64,000 nucleotides of DNA, from positions 61,258,001 through 61,322,000 of the forward strand of contig NC_058382.1 in NCBI RefSeq assembly GCF_018350175.1. Direction: 5' to 3'. This document shows positions 42,993 through 64,000 of this stretch, piece by piece. How positions within the stretch are numbered: the stretch's first letter is position 1; every line of letters begins with the position of its first letter. Source of the stretch: Felis catus. Lineage: Eukaryota. The translations under genes were made by a program, and so were the position numbers. The notes beneath the pieces were generated by a model. It did not search any database and was not told where the DNA came from. It worked only from the letters and a program-made list of their open reading frames with translations.

Positions 42993-43180
42993 GGGGGCGC
43001 CTGCCTGGGGAGCTCGGTCGGTTTCAGCTCAGGTCATCATCTGCAGGTCCAGGAGTTGGAGCCCCGTGTCGGGCTCTGTGCTGACGGAGCGGATCCTGCT
43101 TGGGATTCTCTGTCTCCCTCTCTCTCTGCCCTTCCCCTGCTCGCTCGCTCTCTCTCTCTCAAAATAATAAATAAACTTAA
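42993..43180 (+). mobile_element. Can-SINE with TSD AAAAGAACCAAATGGG
   Basis: Duplication copies at 42980-42995 and 43180-43195. Confidence 0.93.
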
Positions 43181-43325
43181 AAAGAACCAAATGGGAGCTA
43201 GTTAAATACCTCAGGGACGGTTGGTTTGATCGGCTGATCCCTCAGTGACCCCTCCCGAGCCCCTGGCTGGGCGGGAGCTGGGTTAGCGGGCGCCAGGGTG
43301 AAGCAGCAGGAGCAGGGAGGCAGGC

Positions 43326-43525
43326 CAGGGCTTGGCAAACGTTGCCCTCAAGGAAGAGCTAGTTAAGCGTGTCAGGCTCTCTGGGCCACAGCTCCTCAGC
43401 TCTGCTCTGGAGCAAACTCGACCCCAGGCAAAATGTGAGCGGACGGGCGAGGCCGTGCTCCAGTGGAACCTGATTTACAGGACAGGCGGCGACCAGACTG
43501 GGTCCCCGGTAACCTGCGGTAGCCT
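43326..43525 (+). mobile_element. MER58A-like hAT DNA transposon remnant
   Basis: cagggcttggcaaac...ctgggccacag...gggcgaggccgtgctccagtggaacctgatttacaggacaggcggcg is colinear with MER58A as I recall it. Confidence 0.7.
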
Positions 43526-43544
43526 ACTTTTATTGAGGTAGAGT

Positions 43545-44110
43545 GCCGGTCTGTTTGGGCTGCTGAAACCAAAAAACCACAGACTGGGCAATTCTAAACG
43601 ACAGACATCGATTTCGCAGTCCCGGAGGCTGAAAGTCCAGGATCAAGGTGCCGGCACCCTCAGTATCTGGTGAGGGACTCCCCTTCTTGGTCTGTCCTCA
43701 CGTTGGCGGAAGGGCGAGGGGGCTCTGAGGGTCCCTTTCTCAGGGCCCTGACCCCACTCATAAGGCTCCACCCTTACGGACCCAAGGGCCTCCCAAAGTT
43801 CCCACCTCCTTTTTTTTTTTTTTTTTAAACTTTTTTTAAGTTTATTTATTTTGAGAAAGAGACCGCGTGAGCAGGGGAGGGGCAGAGAGAGGGAAAGAAC
43901 CTCCAGCAGGCCCCAGGCTCTGGGCTGCGGGGCTTGAAGTCACAAAACCACAAGATGGTGACCTGAGCCGAAACCAAGAGTTGGACGCTTAACCTACTGA
44001 GCCACCCGGGCCCCCCGCCAAAGGTCCCACCTCCTAATACCATCATATTGGGGGTCAGGATTTCAACACACGAATTCGGGGGAGGGGCATAAATATTCAG
44101 TCCATGGCAT
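43545..44110 (-). mobile_element. MLT1A-like LTR interrupted by a Can-SINE (43811-44016, -) with 16-bp TSD AAAG(T/G)TCCCACCTCCT
   Basis: ccacagactggg...ggaggctgaaagtccaggatcaaggtgccggca...taataccatcatattggggg; TSD copies at 43795-43810 and 44020-44035. Confidence 0.85.
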
Positions 44111-46951
44111 GGAAGAAGGCCATAAACCGTTTATAAAAGAAGAAACAAGTTACAAACAGAAATAGTTTGCGCAAAGACCTCATTCAACAAACGTACTGAG
44201 CACGTGGTACGTGCCGGGCACAGTCCTGGGCCCAGGGACTCAACCGTGACATGGCAGGCTGGTCCCCCACGCTGACAGTCTGATGAGCCATGTGGTAAGG
44301 GCTCGGACGCTGGAGGCAACTTTTGAAAAGTAAATACAGACTTGCGTGGGGAGAAGGCTGGAAGGGCAAACATCACAATGGTGTTTATGTCTGGGCGCTA
44401 GAATTCTTGTTTCTACGTGCTTCTCCACACTCTCTAAGTTTTCGACGTGGAACGCGTACTCCTATTTCCTGTACAACAACAACAACAAAATCTACGAACG
44501 GGGGTCTCCTTTCCCACGTCTGGCTGCCGGCCCTCCCCCTGCCCCTGCCTTCCCGGCCCTCCCTTGTCCCCAGGGTTCTTGTGGGCTGGTGGGTGAGGAG
44601 GGAGCCCCACCACCGCCGCGTGTCCTGGGAACTCAGGAGGGCCACACTGGCCCAGGCCTCACGGACGGACCAGGGTTGCGGGAAACCTGCTTCTTCTTCT
44701 GTGGCTTCTTTGCATTAGTGCCATCCGGAGCCGAGGCGCAGGGTCACCCCGTGGAGACAGCCACGTCCTGTGAGGCTGTGGCCGGAGACCCCAGGGAGTC
44801 CGTTAAAATCTCTCCACCTCAGACGCTCCAACTCCCCAACTCTGATGGTCTTTCCTCTCTCCCCTCGATGGAAGTGTCACCTGTTACTGTGGTGCTGTGT
44901 GATGTGTGTGTGATGGTGAAGAACCGAACCGCGGTCAGGACCGATGCCCTGCACCCCCACGGGCGAGTCAGGTGTCCCAGGGCGGGTTGCCGAACTTTCA
45001 GTGCCCCCTGCCCTCACCTGTGGAATGGGGCTGACTTCCACACCGCTGCAGTGAGGGCGGAGGTGTGCAGCGGGGTGGCGGGTCCACAGCCATCCACACG
45101 GGACAGCCTCCACCCATCAGCTGCAGAGGTCAAGCGTGGAAGTTGAGCTTGGGGGAGCCGGTCCTCAAGGGAAGGTCCCCCGGGTCCTGGCAGACTGAGG
45201 AGCCTGGCAGGGAAGCCCCTGGGCCCTTGCAGGAGAGGCCGGGCCAGGCAGCGTGGTGCTGGGTGCCCACCTGAGCCCGGGCCCTTAGTCCCACGGACGT
45301 TCAGAGAGGCCAGGAGACCTTGCCCAGTGTGCAGGTGGGTCCGCGTCGCAGAGGAGCTGGCTCTGGGAGGCCTGGGGCCTGTGAGCCCAAGAGCCACCAC
45401 CAAAAGCCCACATGCGTGGCTGGTGGGCCCAACACGACTCCCCTCGGCTCCGAGAAGCTGGTCTGGGAAAGATGCAGGGGCCAGAAGGCCCGGGGGGGCC
45501 AGGCTACTCACAGTGGAGAGTGGCTAGCCCTTGACAGCTGGATCCCAAAGCTGTCTGGCCCTGTGCCGGCTCCCGAGAAGGAGTGACGGGGAGGCTGGAT
45601 GGGGCAGAACGGGGCACTGACGGGCCTCAAATCCCTCTCTGTGTCTCACTGCCCTTTGCCTCTTTCCCCAGGTGCCCAGGAAGTAGGCCCTTGTGCCGGA
45701 GACCAACTCACTAACCCCAGCTGCAAGGATTTCCCTTTTTTTGCCAACCGGCACATGGCGTTTGGCTTCCGGGTGTGCCTGGGGTTCAGTCCCGTCATCT
45801 CTGTGCCAGGATGCCGTCCAGGCACAGGGGCCGGGGAGACCTCTCCTGCCTGACCCTGTCTTGCCATTGGCAGGCCCTCTGGCCTCAGAATCTTCTTCTG
45901 CAGCCCAGGAGGCCAAGGCTGAGCCCTGATCAGCCTGAGGGCATAGAGCCAGGCACGCCAGACAGGGGTCTCCGCTCCCCCCCCACCCCATCCTGTCGGT
46001 CCACCTTAAAGCCTCTCCTTGTCCCCCTCCCACTATGGCTTTGGGCCAGATCTGTGCCCTATTTTTAGGCAAAAATTGGCAAAGAGAATGGGTTGGGACG
46101 TGGTTTCTGCCTCTGTTAACACCTCCTCTTCTGCAGGCCTTCTGCTGCGGGTGGTCCAGAGCAGGGCGGGGCGGGGCGGGGGGGGGGGGAGCCCTCCCTT
46201 GGCACCCAGCAAACGACTGCAGCGGATAAATGGCAGGGCGCCAGGCACTGTCCCGGTCAGATTCTGGCCCTCAGCCCCGACACCCCCAGGGCAGCAGAGG
46301 CTCCCCACTCTTGGACCACAGGTCCCGCAAAGGTGGGGACCTGTTCTTTCATTTCCAGCCCCAGCCCGGGGGGTGCCTGGCACACAGCGTGTGCCCGGGA
46401 AACGCTTGCTGATGGCAGTGATTCATCACCAGATGCCGCGGGGCCTCCACATGGGCTCCTGGGGAGGAAGGCGGGGAGCGCTGGACCCCTCCTCCCCGGC
46501 CCTGGGGCAGCCGAGTGCCCCCCGCCCCAGAGGGCCTGCGCGGTCTGGGAGGGCGCTGCCTGCCCTGACCCCAAACCTCTCCGCCGGGTCCCCCCCCCCC
46601 CCCCCCCGCACCCGGAGAATTTGAACCCGGTGAACCCCTGGCAACCCCCGCTGCGGGACTGAGGGCGGGGTCTAGCCTCCCGCAGACCCCTCCTCGCCCG
46701 CTCCCCGCCCCTCCACGGCTCCCCATCCTCTGCCGGCCCGGCCCCCACCCCCAGGCTTCGTCCCTTGCGCCGCCCCCTCCTCTGTCCCCCTTCCCCAGCC
46801 CCCCTCCCGCCGTCCCCGCGCGCGGTGGCGGCCGCCGGAGCCACGTGTGCGGGCGTGCAGGGAAGCGCGGCCACGCCTGGCCCGGCCATCATTCCCGACG
46901 CGGCGGCCCCTCGGTGCGCCCGGCCGGGTCCCCGAGCGCCGGGTCCCCGAG

Positions 46952-62175
<15,224 letters not shown>

Positions 62176-62673
62176 GCCCTCCCCCGCCCACGTTCCAGAG
62201 CCCTCCTGTACCCCGCCCCCAGGCCCACCTCTAACCCTCCTGTGACCCTGCTGCCCAGACCAGCCTCTAGGGGCCCCCAAGGCTGAAGGCTGAACAAATC
62301 CAGGCCCGGGGAACCCTGAAACAGGAGTCGAAGGTGTGGGGTGCGGGTGGTAGCCCCCCATGCCTGGCCCTGCCCCAGCCAGGCAGGTGTAGGGTCAGGG
62401 GGTGGGGAGGGTTCCCTGAGAGAGCAGGAGGAGGCCCCAGCAGCTCAGCCCAACGCGAAGGGAAGCTTATGGATGGGGGTGGGGGGTGGTTCCTGCTTCG
62501 CATCTGGTTCTCACAAGGAGGGGCCCGCAGCCTGCATCCCAGCTGTGGGGGAGACCGGGGTGCCCCCAGAGCTCCTGACCAGTCAGATTCCTCTTTCTTC
62601 CTGCCTTCCTCCCCTGTTGCTTCCCCCAGCTCAGCACCCAGGCCTTGGGGTCCGCAGGTGGGGGCTTAGGCAT

Positions 62674-62679
62674 AATAAA
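62674..62679 (+). terminator. CPNE7 poly(A) signal AATAAA
   Basis: First AATAAA after the stop, with downstream GU/U-rich gtgctttgtgccttt. Confidence 0.8.
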
Positions 62680-63084
62680 GTGTCATCTTGTTCTCGAAGT
62701 GCTTTGTGCCTTTACTGCCCCCTCCCAGCCCCCACCCTGGGACAGGGGGTCTCTAGACTCAGGTTCTCTGGGTCCTTCCTGGATGAGCCGCTCGAGAATG
62801 CCAGGAGGCAGTGCTGCTCCTCCCCCTGATCCACTGCCTGGAATCAGCCAGGCCCAGGTGGAGAGGGGCCACCAGGCAGGAACCCAGGTGCCTTGAACTT
62901 GCAACTCAACTTTACAAGGACCTACTATGCGCTCCATGCTACACACTCTGTCAGAGAAGGAGCACCACCTGTCAAAGCCTCCGGGCCCTCTGGGGGTGGG
63001 CTTCTGATTGAGATTTCCCCTGGAATATGTTGTCCGGGGAAAAAAAAACACAAAACTATCCTGACCCTGAATCTATTCTCTCCT

Positions 63085-63356
63085 ACCCACTCACCCATTC
63101 TCCATCCCTCCGTCCATCCATCTACCTGTCCCCCCACACATCCACCCTTCTCGCCCTCCATTTATCCACCAATCCATCCGTCTGTCCACCCATCCCTCCC
63201 TCCATCCCTCCATCCATCCATCCATCCATCCATCCACCTGTCCATCCATCCATCTATCTTTCCCCCCACACATCCACCCTTCTCGCCCTCATTTATCTAC
63301 CAATCCATCCGTCCACCTGTCCATCCATCTGTCCATCCATCCATCCACCCACTCAC
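63085..63356. repeat. Degenerate (CCAT)n simple repeat with internal duplication
   Basis: ccatccatcc runs; block tccccccacacatccacccttctcgccctc occurs at about 63129 and 63261. Confidence 0.9.
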
Positions 63357-64000
63357 TCTAGAGACCTATTTTTAGCTTCTGATTCATCTCCTGTTAGGGA
63401 GAGATAATAGGCTTTGCCATGGTAACTTAGCTACTGCTGAATTCCGGAAGGGACGATGTTGGTCTCTTTGGGGATGGAGAGGACACCGGAGAAACAGCCC
63501 CCTCCATCTACACTGGGAGACAGCAGGGCCATAGGGTGGGGGAGGCTGTGGGCCCCAAGACGGGAGGGTGTGTGAGCTGTGTCCTGACCCAGCCACTGAG
63601 TCCTGTTATGACTGGACTGCTTTAGTGGCAGAAAGCCTCAGACGGTTCAGGTGAGGCCAAGGGAAGTTGGTCGGTTCCGACCCCCGGGGGCACAAAATGC
63701 ACAGAGAGCCGGCTAAGGAGAAGTGGAGGGGGTCTGCGCACAGCCCCAAGGCAGCAGGGGCGGGCAGTGGCTCTGGGCCAGCGAGCAGGGCAGTGGAGGA
63801 AGGGTGTCATCTTGCTGCTGATGCCTTAGCAGACATGTAGCCACTCCCAGAACAGGTGAGGTGGGGAGGGAGCGGAGGCGTGAGGCCCGGCCTCTACCCT
63901 CCACCCTTCCCCTCTGCCCTTTCTTCTCCGGCCAACAGGAAGCAGGGAGCAGCTGGGGGCGGGCAGTGGGGGGGGGGGTGGGAGGCCTATGGAGGATCCC

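Noticed and set aside
44346..45146. 266-aa intergenic ORF
   Set aside because: Begins in a degraded L1-like tail, GTG start, no homology evident.
63400..64000. Expected DPEP1 upstream region by synteny
   Set aside because: No DPEP1 exon or promoter is recognisable in the sequence shown.

Overview
GC-rich mammalian genomic DNA from a feliform carnivore (cat-like), judged from the SINEC_Fc-type Can-SINEs. It covers the conserved SPG7-RPL13-CPNE7 cluster, all on the + strand. (1) SPG7/paraplegin: coding exons 3-17 (839-28108); exons 1-2 lie upstream of the window. (2) RPL13: complete, with CpG-island/TCT promoter, 6 exons and 211 aa; it hosts the C/D snoRNA SNORD68 in intron 3. (3) CPNE7/copine-7: complete, 15 coding exons, 574 aa predicted, poly(A) signal at 62674. 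Every exon called has GT-AG boundaries and the reading frames join without stops. The rest is introns and intergenic DNA with Can-SINEs, old L1/MIR/L2/MLT1/MER58 remnants and simple repeats. I see no prokaryotic-type or wholly novel gene system, and the long non-exonic ORFs are best explained by GC content or low complexity. The most unusual structure is in CPNE7 splicing: a 20-copy minisatellite built from the exon 10 end plus its donor, and an in-frame 30-nt duplication of the exon 5 acceptor. There is also an apparent AT-to-GC substitution bias in fossil L1s and in conserved residues. All human-sequence comparisons are from memory and need alignment to confirm.
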